From NCBI GenBank assembly GCA_030693235.1, contig JAUYBE010000006.1, positions 139,601 to 203,600 on the forward strand: a DNA stretch of 64,000 nt. Direction: 5' to 3'. The stretch is from a bacterium. Lineage in GTDB: Bacteria > Patescibacteriota > Minisyncoccia > UBA6257 > UBA9933. Positions 35,912 to 45,774 of this stretch are shown here, piece after piece. The stretch's first letter is position 1, and every line of letters begins with the position of its first letter. Under the pieces are notes generated by a model. That model was given only the letters and a program-made list of their open reading frames with translations, searched no databases and was not told the origin of the DNA. Both the position numbers and the translations under genes were made by a program.

Positions 35912-37480
35912 TTAATTTAAAATAACCACATACCCATTCTCCAGGATTTGATTTTTTTGTTCGGGTAAAATATAGAAGAGATTTTTCTCTTTTTGTTTTT
36001 CCGGAGTGAAAGTGTCGGTAATGAACATTACGGTTTGCGCCGGCATTGGGATACCGCGGACGTCAACACCGCCGGCTTCAACGATAACGTATTTTGGCGT
36101 TTCTTTCGGCAGAGAATTTAATTCGCGGCCGATTTGAACGTAATCGGCGGAAAAAGCTCCTTGAACATTGTAATTTTGTCCCCATTTAATGAAATAAGTA
36201 TTGTAGGCCTCAAACACAAGAATAGAAAGCAGAAAGTAAAAAGTAGAAAGTAAAAAAATTTTTATTCGTATATTCGTAAATATTCGTAATTTCGTAAATT
36301 GTTCGTAAAGCCAAACACCGCCAAAACCGGCTAAAATAAAAATTGGCGGAATCATTATAATCGCGCGGAGAGCGTGCGGCATACCTTCGTTGGAAACAAC
36401 AACTGGAAGAGCGGCGATAATTAGCCAAGCGAATAAAATTAAGAATGGTAATTTTGGGAAGTCCGACTTCCTTAATATTGATTTGGTTCCCAAAATAGTT
36501 CCTATTATAAATAAAATTCCGACCGGCCAAAAAAGTTCCGGTTTGCCCGCGTAATTATGGCGCCAATTATAATCGCCGCTGAAATTAAACATTCCGGCGG
36601 TCTTTAAAATATTAACTGTTAAATCTTTAATCGGGGCAGGAGAATTGAAAACAGAAATTTGGGTTGTTCGCCCGAAGAAATCCTGAGGGTTTTGCAGAAA
36701 ATATAATCCCAATGGCGCGGCAACAATAATAGCTATTAGAATATAGCCACTAGCCACTAGTAGTATTTTTTTACGAATTTGCCAATTTTTATTTCCGAAC
36801 CAGTAGTAAAATAAAATTGTTAAAATTAAAAGCGGCGTGGCGCGATAGGCGATATAAGTGTGAAAACCAAAACCATAGAAAATTCCACCAAACAAAGAAA
36901 AAAGTATAGCTCGCCCCTGTCCAGTCAACTGGACAAGGGATTGATTATTTTGATTATTTGGAGCGGTAGATTTTAACTTATTAAGAGACGCTAAAAGAAA
37001 ATATATTCCCCAGACAAGAAAGAATGGCGCCATTATCGCGCGAAAACCGATACGGGAAAAAAGAATATGCCAAAAGCTCACGGCGAGAAGAAAAGATGAA
37101 AGTAGGGCGATAAACTCCGCCTGCCTGTCTGGCGGGCGGAGTTTAAACAACTCTCTTGTTAAAAAATACGTTCCCAATACCGTTAAAATTCCGAACACCG
37201 CTGCTACGCTTCTCGGTACCCACGGTTCGTGGCCAAATTTAACAATAAAAAATCCGATGATATTCGGCCAAAGCCCTTCGCGGCCGTTATTTTCCGGATA
37301 AAAAACTTTTAAATTTCCGGTTTCCCACGCCTCTACGCCATTATTGGCGTAAATTGCTTCGTCGGGATAAAGTCCGGGCGGCAGTTCGACGATATTGTAT
37401 AAACGCAGAAAAGAGGCTATAATTAGAATAACAAAAACTATTAACCATTGACTTTTGACTATTGACGATAATTTGCTCAT
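35912..37480 (-). CDS. GT-C fold membrane glycosyltransferase (GT39 / ArnT / PMT_2-like), second copy
   Basis: LPPGLYPDEAIYANNG first-loop DE motif and many TM helices. Contains internal TACGAAA-family repeats and GC-rich palindromes. Confidence 0.6.
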   Translation of the reverse strand: MSKLSSIVKSQWLIVFVILIIASFLRLYNIVELPPGLYPDEAIYANNGVEAWETGNLKVFYPENNGREGLWPNIIGFFIVKFGHEPWVPRSVAAVFGILTVLGTYFLTRELFKLRPPDRQAEFIALLSSFLLAVSFWHILFSRIGFRAIMAPFFLVWGIYFLLASLNKLKSTAPNNQNNQSLVQLTGQGRAILFSLFGGIFYGFGFHTYIAYRATPLLILTILFYYWFGNKNWQIRKKILLVASGYILIAIIVAAPLGLYFLQNPQDFFGRTTQISVFNSPAPIKDLTVNILKTAGMFNFSGDYNWRHNYAGKPELFWPVGILFIIGTILGTKSILRKSDFPKLPFLILFAWLIIAALPVVVSNEGMPHALRAIIMIPPIFILAGFGGVWLYEQFTKLRIFTNIRIKIFLLSTFYFLLSILVFEAYNTYFIKWGQNYNVQGAFSADYVQIGRELNSLPKETPKYVIVEAGGVDVRGIPMPAQTVMFITDTFTPEKQKEKNLFYILPEQKNQILENGYVVILN

Positions 37481-37497
37481 AAATTTATTTTAACATT

Positions 37498-37908
37498 ATG
37501 GAAACAAATCAGCAAAATTTTGAACATAGTATTTTGGAAGCGGATATTGAGAGATTAAGCAAGGAAATCGCCGAAAAGCGAAATTTATTGGAGCATAAAA
37601 ATTTATCGGAACGAGAATTGATAAAAAAATCGCTTGAGCCGATGATTAGGCAAATACCCGTTAATAACCTGCAACCGACGACCGACGACCAACAACAAAT
37701 CAGTAATCAAGTTTTGCCAAACTATCTCAAAGATTCGCCATTAGAAATCAAGCTTCAGGTGGAAAAATTGATTTATTTAGCTTTTCATCATGGAATTATT
37801 AAAGTTGCCAAAGAAGCTCAAAAAAACGGCGGTTTTGTTTTAGACGCTTTTCACGACGCTTTGACGGATAAACTTCACGAGGAATTAAAAAAGAGAAAGT
37901 TGATATAA
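37498..37908 (+). CDS. hypothetical protein
   Basis: 136-aa ORF with no recognised motif. Immediately upstream of the large ATPase. Confidence 0.3.
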   Translation: METNQQNFEHSILEADIERLSKEIAEKRNLLEHKNLSERELIKKSLEPMIRQIPVNNLQPTTDDQQQISNQVLPNYLKDSPLEIKLQVEKLIYLAFHHGIIKVAKEAQKNGGFVLDAFHDALTDKLHEELKKRKLI

Positions 37909-37929
37909 TCGCGAATATTTACGAATTTG

Positions 37930-37998
37930 GAAGTGTCATTGCGAGGGCGAAGCCCGTGGCAATCTCATTAGATTGCTTCGCCTGCGGCTCGCAATGAC
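37930..37998. repeat. family C palindrome GTCATTGCGAGGGCGAAGCCC...GGCTCGCAATGAC
   Basis: One arm is near-identical to an arm of the 5437-5508 copy. Ends 9 nt before the ATG at 38008. Confidence 0.7.
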
Positions 37999-38007
37999 GA
38001 TATTATT

Positions 38008-40341
38008 ATGAATATTTATTTAATTTTAGGAATAGCCGCCGCCTTTTTTATTGTTTTTGTTTTATTTTTGATATTCAAAAATCTTCGCCAAAAACGGTTG
38101 GCGCAAGCTCTTAATTTAAAACTTCTTTTAATTCGTTTATCGCAAAAACAACTTAAAGATTTTTCCTCCGAAGGCAAATCGGGTTCGGATTGGAAGGACG
38201 AAATTAATCTTTCAGCCCAGCTTTTCGGAATTTTAGCCGGATTAAAATCGCCGTTTGTTTTTGAGACAGCGGTTCATCATATCGGCGAGGAAATTCATTT
38301 TTACTGCGCGGTGCCGAGAGAATCAATCGAATTTGTCAGCCGGCAAATCGAAGGTTTGTGGGAAGAAGCGTCTATTGAGCCGATCGACGATTATAATATT
38401 TTTAATTCCGCCGCCGGCGCCGCCACTTCCGGAGTTTATCTCAAACAAAAACTGTTTTACGCTTTGCCGATTCGCGCTTATGTTGAAGCCAATATTGACA
38501 CCTTCAGTCCTCTTTTAAGCGGACTTTCAAAAATCAATGAAATAGGCGAAGGCGCGGCAATTCAGTTATTAATCAGGCCTGCGCCATTATCGGCAAAAAA
38601 ATCGATTTTACAGATGATTGATAATCTTAAAAAGGGAGCAAAAATAGACGATATTCTTAAAGCCAACTCGCTCAAATTTAAAGACATTAAAAAAGCCGTT
38701 AATCCTGAAAAAGAAAAATTGGAAAGAGTGATCGACGATGAATCGATTAAGGCTCTGGAACTAAAAATTTCCAAGCCGCTTTTGTCGGTTAATTTAAGGG
38801 TTCTGGTTTCTAGCGCCAGTCAATACCAAACGGACGCTATTTTGGAAAGCATTGTCGGCGGTTTTTCGCAGTTCAGCGCGCCGCGCCGGAATGAATTAAA
38901 AATTATTAAGCCTCGAAATCCCAAAAACCTGATTTATCAATTCTCTTTCCGCGAATTCGACGACAGCCAATCAATGATTTTAAATACGGAAGAATTGGCC
39001 AGTTTATTCCATTTGCCGTCTTCAAGCACGGAAATTCCAAAAATTAAATGGCTTAAATCCAAAGAAGCCGTAAGCCCGCTGAATTTGCCGAAATCCGGAA
39101 TTTTAATCGGAGAAACGTCTTTCCGCGGCGAACGCAAGCCTGTTTATCTTACCGAAGACGACCGTAGACGGCATATTTATATCATCGGCCAGACCGGCAC
39201 CGGAAAATCAACTTTAATGACCAATATGGTCGTCGATGACATTAAAAACGGCAAAGGAGTCGCCATTATCGACCCGCACGGCGATTTGATTGAAAAAATT
39301 TTGGGCGTGATTCCCGAGGAGCGAGGCGACGACGTAATTATTTTCGACCCTTCGGATATTCGGCGGCCGCTGGGGATGAATATGTTGGAATATGATTTCA
39401 ACAAGCCGGAAGAAAAAACCTTTATCGTCAACGAAATGTTTAATATTCTGGACAAACTTTACGATATGAAAACCGTCGGCGGACCGATGTTTGAACAGTA
39501 TACTAAAAACGCGATTTTATTGTTGATGGAAGACGCAATTAACGAGCTCGCCACCTTAATGGATATTCCGCGAGTTTTTACGGATGTTGATTTTCGAAAT
39601 GAAAAATTATCGCGCATTAAAAATCCGGTAGTCATTGATTTTTGGGAAAAAGAAGCGGCTAAGGCAACCGGCGAGCATTCTTTGGCGAATATGGCGCCCT
39701 ATATTACTTCCAAATTCAACAATTTTATCGCCAACGATTACGTCAGGCCGATTATTAGCCAAACAAAATCAGCTTTTGATTTTAGAAAAGTGATGGACGA
39801 AGGAAAAATTTTATTGGTTAATTTGTCAAAAGGCAAAATAGGGGATATCAATGCCAATTTATTGGGAATGATTATTACTGGAAAAATTTTAATGGCGGCT
39901 TTAAGTCGGGTTGATACGCCGGAGGACCAACGCCGAGATTTTAATCTTTATATTGACGAGTTTCAGAATTTTACCACCGATTCAATCTCCACGATTTTAT
40001 CCGAAGCTCGAAAATACCGGCTTAGTTTGATAATGGCTCATCAGTTTATCGCTCAATTGACGGAAAAAATCCGCGACGCGGTTTTCGGCAATGTAGGTTC
40101 TATTATCAGTTTTCGGGTTGGGCCGACGGACGCGGAATTTTTAGTCAAACAATTCGCGCCGGTTTTTAACGAAAATGATTTGGTCAATATTGACAATTTC
40201 AACGCTTACGCCAAAATTCTCATTAACGGTCAGACTTCCAAGCCGTTTAATATTAAAACTTTACTGCCGGAAAAAGGCAATAAAGAAATAGGCGATAAAA
40301 TCAAAGAATTGTCTCGCCTGAAATACGGTAGCAAAATATGA
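38008..40341 (+). CDS. membrane-anchored TraG/TraD/VirD4-like (HerA/FtsK superfamily, DUF87-type) P-loop ATPase
   Basis: N-terminal TM helix. Walker A IIGQTGTGKST. IIDPHGDL. Walker B LYIDEFQNF. RKYRLSLIMAHQ. Confidence 0.5.
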   Translation: MNIYLILGIAAAFFIVFVLFLIFKNLRQKRLAQALNLKLLLIRLSQKQLKDFSSEGKSGSDWKDEINLSAQLFGILAGLKSPFVFETAVHHIGEEIHFYCAVPRESIEFVSRQIEGLWEEASIEPIDDYNIFNSAAGAATSGVYLKQKLFYALPIRAYVEANIDTFSPLLSGLSKINEIGEGAAIQLLIRPAPLSAKKSILQMIDNLKKGAKIDDILKANSLKFKDIKKAVNPEKEKLERVIDDESIKALELKISKPLLSVNLRVLVSSASQYQTDAILESIVGGFSQFSAPRRNELKIIKPRNPKNLIYQFSFREFDDSQSMILNTEELASLFHLPSSSTEIPKIKWLKSKEAVSPLNLPKSGILIGETSFRGERKPVYLTEDDRRRHIYIIGQTGTGKSTLMTNMVVDDIKNGKGVAIIDPHGDLIEKILGVIPEERGDDVIIFDPSDIRRPLGMNMLEYDFNKPEEKTFIVNEMFNILDKLYDMKTVGGPMFEQYTKNAILLLMEDAINELATLMDIPRVFTDVDFRNEKLSRIKNPVVIDFWEKEAAKATGEHSLANMAPYITSKFNNFIANDYVRPIISQTKSAFDFRKVMDEGKILLVNLSKGKIGDINANLLGMIITGKILMAALSRVDTPEDQRRDFNLYIDEFQNFTTDSISTILSEARKYRLSLIMAHQFIAQLTEKIRDAVFGNVGSIISFRVGPTDAEFLVKQFAPVFNENDLVNIDNFNAYAKILINGQTSKPFNIKTLLPEKGNKEIGDKIKELSRLKYGSKI

Positions 40342-40345
40342 CTAC

Positions 40346-40418
40346 GCCGGAGTAGCTCAGTTGGTAGAGCAATGCTTTCGTAAAGCAGAGGTCGCGAGTT
40401 CGAATCTCGCCTCCGGCT
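40346..40418 (+). tRNA. tRNA-Thr (anticodon CGU)
   Basis: GCCGGAG acceptor, GCTCAGTTGGTAGAGC D-arm, anticodon loop TTCGTAA, GCGAGTTCGAATCTCGC T-arm. Confidence 0.8.
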
Positions 40419-40419
40419 C

Positions 40420-41280
40420 ATGATTAAAAAAGCCATTATTCCGGTTGCCGGGTTAGGAACAAGATTTTTGCCGGCGACAAAAGCTCAGCCAAAAGAAATG
40501 TTGCCGATTATAGATAAGCCGGTGATTCAGTATTTGGTTGAAGAAGCGGTTAAATCGGGGATTATCGATATTATTTTTGTTACCGGACGAGGCAAGCGGG
40601 CGATTGAAGACCATTTTGATTACGCGCCGGAACTGGAATCCCGCCTGCTTCAAAAAAATAAAGAAGATGTTTTTAAAAAAGTGAGAGCGATTTCCGAGTT
40701 GGCGAATTTTGCTTATGTCAGGCAAAAATCGCCTAAGGGCGATGGCGATGCTTTGCTTTGCGCCGATCATTTAATTAACGATGAGCCGGTGGCCGTTCTT
40801 TTTGGAGACGATGTTGTTGACGGCAAAATGCCTTGTCTTTCGCAAATGATTAAAGTTTTTGAGAAATATAAAGATTGCGTAGTCGCTCTTGAAGAAGTGC
40901 CGAGACAGGAAGTTAAGCATTACGGCGTCGTTAAGGCGGTTAAAATTTCCGAACAAATTTTTGAAATTCAAGACATTATTGAAAAACCGAATCCCAAAGA
41001 AGCGCCGTCTAATTTAACCATTGTCGGCAAATATATTCTTATTCCCGAAGTTTTTGAGGAATTAAAAAAGATTAAGCAGATAGAAAAAGGGGAACTTAAA
41101 CTGGCTGACGCTTTAAAATCTTTATTAAAAAAACGTCCGATTTACGGATATAAATTTGAAGGCAAGAGATATGATTGCGGAAGCAAAATCGGTTTTTTGA
41201 AAGCAACAGTTGATTTTGCTTTAAAACACCCGGAAGTAAAAAAAGATTTTAAAAAATATTTAAAGAGTTTAAAAATATAA
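40420..41280 (+). CDS. galU: UTP--glucose-1-phosphate uridylyltransferase
   Basis: KAIIPVAGLGTRFLPATKAQPKEMLPIIDKP signature. Confidence 0.85.
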   Translation: MIKKAIIPVAGLGTRFLPATKAQPKEMLPIIDKPVIQYLVEEAVKSGIIDIIFVTGRGKRAIEDHFDYAPELESRLLQKNKEDVFKKVRAISELANFAYVRQKSPKGDGDALLCADHLINDEPVAVLFGDDVVDGKMPCLSQMIKVFEKYKDCVVALEEVPRQEVKHYGVVKAVKISEQIFEIQDIIEKPNPKEAPSNLTIVGKYILIPEVFEELKKIKQIEKGELKLADALKSLLKKRPIYGYKFEGKRYDCGSKIGFLKATVDFALKHPEVKKDFKKYLKSLKI

Positions 41281-41323
41281 AATTATTGATTTTTCAATAA
41301 ATCTGTGTTAATATTTGATTCAT

Positions 41324-42386
41324 ATGAACGAAAATCCATTACAACGACTCGAAGAATTGAAAGAGCTTGCCCGGCGCTTAGCCGGGCGGCTTTGACGTTG
41401 AGACAAAGAGAAATCGCGTTAAAGAGATTGAATACGAATTTTCCGACCCTGATTTTTGGAAGAACAGGGAAATTGCCGACGCTAAAATAAAGGAAGTCGG
41501 CGAGTTAAATGAATTAGTAAAAAAATTTGATGAAATTGAAAAAAAATTGGCGGTTCCGTTAGATAGGCAGGCGGAAATATTACTTAAAGAAATTCAATCC
41601 AAACTTCGCAAGCTGGAAATTGAAAATTTATTTACCGGAAAATACGACAAGGGCCCGGCGATTGTTTCAGTTTTTGCCGGCGCCGGAGGACAGGATGCCG
41701 AAGATTGGGCCGGAATGCTTTATGAGATGTATGTGAAATTCAGCGAACAACGCGGCTGGAAAACAAAAATTATTCACGAAAGTTTTGGCGATTTTCAGTC
41801 AAGAACCGGCCGTCATCTGATTAAAGATATTGCTTTGGAAATTAAAGGCGATTACGCTTACGGTTATTTGAAAAAAGAAGCCGGCGTTCATCGCTTGGTA
41901 AGAATTTCGCCTTTTTCAGCGGAAAAGAAAAGGCATACTTCTTTCGCGTTGGTTGAAATTTTGCCGGAATTGAGCGAAATAAAAGAAGACGAATTCAAGA
42001 TTCCCGAAGAAGATTTGAAAATTGAATTTTTCCGTTCCAGCGGTCCGGGCGGCCAGAACGTCAATAAAGTTGAAACTGCCGTAAGAATAGTCCATACTCC
42101 GACCGGTTTATCGGCGAGCTCCCAAGTCGAACGCTCCCAATCCCAGAACCGCGAACGGGTTATGAATTTGCTTAAAGCCAAATTGATAAAACTAATGGAA
42201 GAAAGCCGGATAAAAGAATTAGGCCAGTTGCGAACCAAAGTAAAGCCGGAATGGGGGAATCAAATCCGTTCTTACGTGCTTCATCCGTATAAAATGGTAA
42301 AAGACCACAGAACAGGCGTTGAAACAAGCCGGGCAGAGGAAGTTTTAGAAGGAGATATTGATATGTTTGTGGAAAGTGAGGTATAA
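41324..42386 (+). CDS. prfB: peptide chain release factor 2 with programmed +1 frameshift (frame 0 41324-41392, then +1 frame 41394-42386)
   Basis: MNENPLQRLEELKELARRLAGRL then CTT TGA C at 41390-41396. The downstream frame has SPF and GGQ motifs. The listed ORF 41305..41490 is a frame artefact. Confidence 0.85.
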
Positions 42387-42395
42387 TATAAAAGC

Positions 42396-43088
42396 ATGAT
42401 TATCTTCCAAAACGTTTCCAAATTCTATAATAATAACAGCCATCAAACAACGGCTTTGGAGGACGCCAGTTTTACCATTAATTCCAAAGAGTTTGTTTCT
42501 CTTGTCGGAAAATCCGGAGCCGGCAAATCAACAATCGTTAAATTATTGATTGCCGAAGAAAAACCGACTAATGGCCGAGTTATTTTCGGCTCTTACGACG
42601 TTAATAAAATAAAGCAGCATGAATTGCCGCAACTTAGGCGCCGTATCGGCGTTATTTTTCAAGATTTTCGGCTTTTACCTAATAAAACGTCTTTTGAAAA
42701 CGTCGCTTTCGCCTTGGAAGCCGCGGGACGGCTTCAATCGGATATTGAAGAATTTGTTCCTCAAGCTCTGGAAATGGTCGGTTTGAAAGACAAAATGTTT
42801 AATTTTCCCAAAGAACTTTCCGGCGGCGAAAAACAAAGAGTGGCAATCGCCCGGGCGATGATTAATCATCCGGATATGATTATCGCGGATGAACCGACCG
42901 GCAATCTTGACCCGATAAACGCTTGGGAAATTATTAAATTATTGATTAAAATTAATGAATTGGGAACAACCGTGCTTTTAGCCACTCATAACAAAGAGAT
43001 CATCAATTATCTTGAAAGAAGAGTTATTAATTTGGAAAACGGCCGGATTACAAGAGATGAAGAGAAGGGGAAATACATATTAGTATAA
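42396..43088 (+). CDS. ftsE: cell division ATP-binding protein FtsE
   Basis: ABC ATPase with GKSGAGKST, LSGGEKQRVAIARA and DEPTGNLD. Confidence 0.85.
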   Translation: MIIFQNVSKFYNNNSHQTTALEDASFTINSKEFVSLVGKSGAGKSTIVKLLIAEEKPTNGRVIFGSYDVNKIKQHELPQLRRRIGVIFQDFRLLPNKTSFENVAFALEAAGRLQSDIEEFVPQALEMVGLKDKMFNFPKELSGGEKQRVAIARAMINHPDMIIADEPTGNLDPINAWEIIKLLIKINELGTTVLLATHNKEIINYLERRVINLENGRITRDEEKGKYILV

Positions 43089-43094
43089 AATTAA

Positions 43095-44003
43095 ATGTTA
43101 ACAACGTTATTTCGCATAATTAAAAACGGTTTTCTCAGTTTTTGGCGGAACGGCTGGCTTTCAATGGCAACGCTTTCCATTATTATTCTGGCTTTGTTGG
43201 TTTTTGAAGGAATAATAATTTTTAATATTTTAACCAAAACCGCTTTAACCGCTCTTCAGGATAAAATAGATATCAGTATTTATTTTAAAACCAACACTCC
43301 GGAAGACGAGATATTGAAAACGAAAAAATCTCTGGAAACATTGGCCGAGGTTAAAAATATAGAATACATTCCCCGCGACAAAGCTCTGGAAATTTTTAAA
43401 GAGCGGCACAAAAACGATTCTGCTATTTCTCAATCGCTTGAAGAGCTTCAAGATAATCCGCTTTTGGCTTCGTTAAACATCAAGGCTCATAATCCGAAAG
43501 AATACGTTATAATCTCCGGTCATCTTGACGAGGCGAGTTTTAAAGGCTGGTTTGAAAAAGTCACTTACGCCCAGAACGCGGTGGTGATTGAAAGATTGGG
43601 ACGCATTATTGATACGGCTCAAAAAGGCGGTTTGATTCTGATTATTTTTATCGCTCTTATCGCGGTGCTTGTGACTTTTAACACCATTAGATTGGCGATT
43701 TATTCCAATCGGGAAGAAATCGGAATAATGCGCTTAGTGGGCGCTTCCAATTCTTTTATCAGAGGCCCTTATGTGGTGGAAGGAATAATTTACGGTACGA
43801 TAGCCGGAATTATAAGCATTGCCATTGCCGGCCCTGTTATTTATTTCGCTTCGCCTTATATTAAAATTTTCATCCCGGAAATAAATCTTTGGTCTTATTT
43901 CGCTTCGCATTTATTCACTTTTCTGGGTTATCAATTGCTTTTCGGAATCGGTTTGGGAATTATTTCTTCAAGCATCGCGATAAGCAAATATCTCAGAATT
44001 TAA
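43095..44003 (+). CDS. ftsX: cell division permease FtsX
   Basis: 4-TM FtsX-like permease directly downstream of ftsE. Confidence 0.8.
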   Translation: MLTTLFRIIKNGFLSFWRNGWLSMATLSIIILALLVFEGIIIFNILTKTALTALQDKIDISIYFKTNTPEDEILKTKKSLETLAEVKNIEYIPRDKALEIFKERHKNDSAISQSLEELQDNPLLASLNIKAHNPKEYVIISGHLDEASFKGWFEKVTYAQNAVVIERLGRIIDTAQKGGLILIIFIALIAVLVTFNTIRLAIYSNREEIGIMRLVGASNSFIRGPYVVEGIIYGTIAGIISIAIAGPVIYFASPYIKIFIPEINLWSYFASHLFTFLGYQLLFGIGLGIISSSIAISKYLRI

Positions 44004-45706
44004 ATCTTGTGGTTTATCCTTGCCATCATTTCCAAGTCTTTATTTTTTAATTGTTCCAAGATTTGCAAAGTCGGATCAATGGCAATGCTTCTTCCTAAAT
44101 ATTGACCCGAAGTGAAATGGGGAAGCAGCGCGTAATCAACTCCTTGCTCGTAAAGAATTTCCGCTTCTTTTTCGTCTTGGGCTCTTATAATCACTTTTAT
44201 TTTATTCCGATTTTTTAATGAGTTGAGTTCGGAAAGCAGCGTTAAGTTGTCTTCAAAATCAGGGCTTGTCGAAATAATCAAACGGGCTTCGTTAAAATTG
44301 GCTCTTTCAAAAATTTCCGCGTCACCGATGTCGCCGAAGACATAATCAAAGCCGTGTTTTCTTAATTGGCTGATTATTTCGGGGTCAAAATCAATAATTA
44401 AAAGATCGTCTTTGGGAAGATGAAAAGCGATGCTTTGCCCCAAGCGATGAAAGCCGATTAAAATTACCGGTTTCTTGAATTGTTTAATCAGGGAGTCGTT
44501 TTCTTTTATATTTTTTCTTTCAAATAAAGAAAGAAAGCCGCTTAATCGTTTGAAAATTTTGTTTGCATGAATAATCATATAAGTTGAAAGAATAATGGTA
44601 ATAATGCCGACGGCCGTAATTAAAGAAACCACTTTTTCGTTTAAATGTCCGAGTTTAAATCCGAGAGCCGCCAGAATCAAACTGAATTCTGAAATTTGGG
44701 CCACTGTCAATCCGCACATAAAACTTGTTCTTTTGCGATAACCCATAATTCCCATAATGATTAAAACAATCAAAGGATTGCCGATTAGAACAAAAAGCGA
44801 AAACACTATAATTTGAACGGTTATGCCGGAAAGATTGGAAAAAATAAGCGAGGAACCCAAAATAACGAAGAAAATTAAAATAAAGAAATCTCTTAATGAT
44901 TTTATTTTGGCGGAAATCTGGAAATGTTCGGAAGAATTGGCTAACGCCAAACCGGCCAGAAATCCGCCGATTTCAATGGAAAAACCAAACTTTGTCGTAA
45001 GCGTGGCTATGCCAAAGCACCAAGCAAGACTTGTCAAAAAAAGAAGTTCCTGGGAGCTGGCGATTTTGTTAAAAATCAGAGGAAGAATTTTTCTTCCCAA
45101 ATAAAGCATAGCGACAAAAAGCGCGACTCCTTTCATAATTGTAAAAACGGCGCCGCTTAAAACGATTTTTTCTCCGCCGATTCCCGCTAAGAAAATCAAA
45201 AGCAAGATTGCCGCAAAATCCTGAACCAAAAGAAATCCGATGCTGATTTTTCCATAAAGACTGTTGATGTCTTTTTTCTCGGAAAGCAATTTAACAATGA
45301 TGATGGTGCTGGAAAAAGTCAGGGCAATGGCGATATAGGCCGATTGAATATAATTAAAGTTAAAAAATGTCGCGATAAAAAAACCGATAAGAGCCGTAAA
45401 AATAATCTGGCCGATACCGGCTATAAGCGAAATTTTTCCGACTAATCTCAAAGAAGAATAATTGATTTCCAGACCGACTAAAAAAAGCAAAAACATTATG
45501 CCCAATTCGGAAAAAGTCTTAAAAAGCTCTTTATTGTCCAAATGGAAAAAACCAAAGATGCCAATAATGATACCGGTAAAAATATAAGCCAGAATAATCG
45601 GCTGTTTTAGCTGCCGGCTTATAATCCCCAAGCCGGCGGCGATGAGAATGACAATCGCTAATTCAAAAAATCCCGTGGACATAAAATAATTATAGCAGAT
45701 TGACAA
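44000..45706 (-). CDS. monovalent cation:proton antiporter (CPA2/KefB-like) with a C-terminal RCK/TrkA-N domain
   Basis: About 12 TM helices followed by a Rossmann ILIGFHRLGQ segment. Confidence 0.7.
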   Translation of the reverse strand: MSICYNYFMSTGFFELAIVILIAAGLGIISRQLKQPIILAYIFTGIIIGIFGFFHLDNKELFKTFSELGIMFLLFLVGLEINYSSLRLVGKISLIAGIGQIIFTALIGFFIATFFNFNYIQSAYIAIALTFSSTIIIVKLLSEKKDINSLYGKISIGFLLVQDFAAILLLIFLAGIGGEKIVLSGAVFTIMKGVALFVAMLYLGRKILPLIFNKIASSQELLFLTSLAWCFGIATLTTKFGFSIEIGGFLAGLALANSSEHFQISAKIKSLRDFFILIFFVILGSSLIFSNLSGITVQIIVFSLFVLIGNPLIVLIIMGIMGYRKRTSFMCGLTVAQISEFSLILAALGFKLGHLNEKVVSLITAVGIITIILSTYMIIHANKIFKRLSGFLSLFERKNIKENDSLIKQFKKPVILIGFHRLGQSIAFHLPKDDLLIIDFDPEIISQLRKHGFDYVFGDIGDAEIFERANFNEARLIISTSPDFEDNLTLLSELNSLKNRNKIKVIIRAQDEKEAEILYEQGVDYALLPHFTSGQYLGRSIAIDPTLQILEQLKNKDLEMMARINHKI

Positions 45707-45728
45707 TCGAGCCGCAAATCTTATAATT
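45701..45728 (+). promoter_or_regulatory. candidate sigma70-type promoter (TTGACA-16nt-TATAAT) for the ABC-F gene
   Basis: ttgacaatcgagccgcaaatctTATAAT. Confidence 0.45.
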
Positions 45729-45738
45729 AATAATCTAG

Positions 45739-45774
45739 ATGAATAAATGCCCCCTCAGGGGAGTTTTTTTATGA
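45739..45774 (+). promoter_or_regulatory. candidate 11-codon leader uORF (MNKCPLRGVFL) overlapping a GC hairpin plus T7 run; its stop overlaps the ABC-F ATG (ATGA)
   Basis: atgaataaatgccccctcaggggagtttttttATGA read directly. Confidence 0.3.

Noticed and set aside
41305-41490. Listed 61-aa ORF upstream of prfB
   Set aside because: It is the out-of-frame read-through of the prfB +1 frameshift region. The real product is RF2 (frame 0 to 41392, then the +1 frame).
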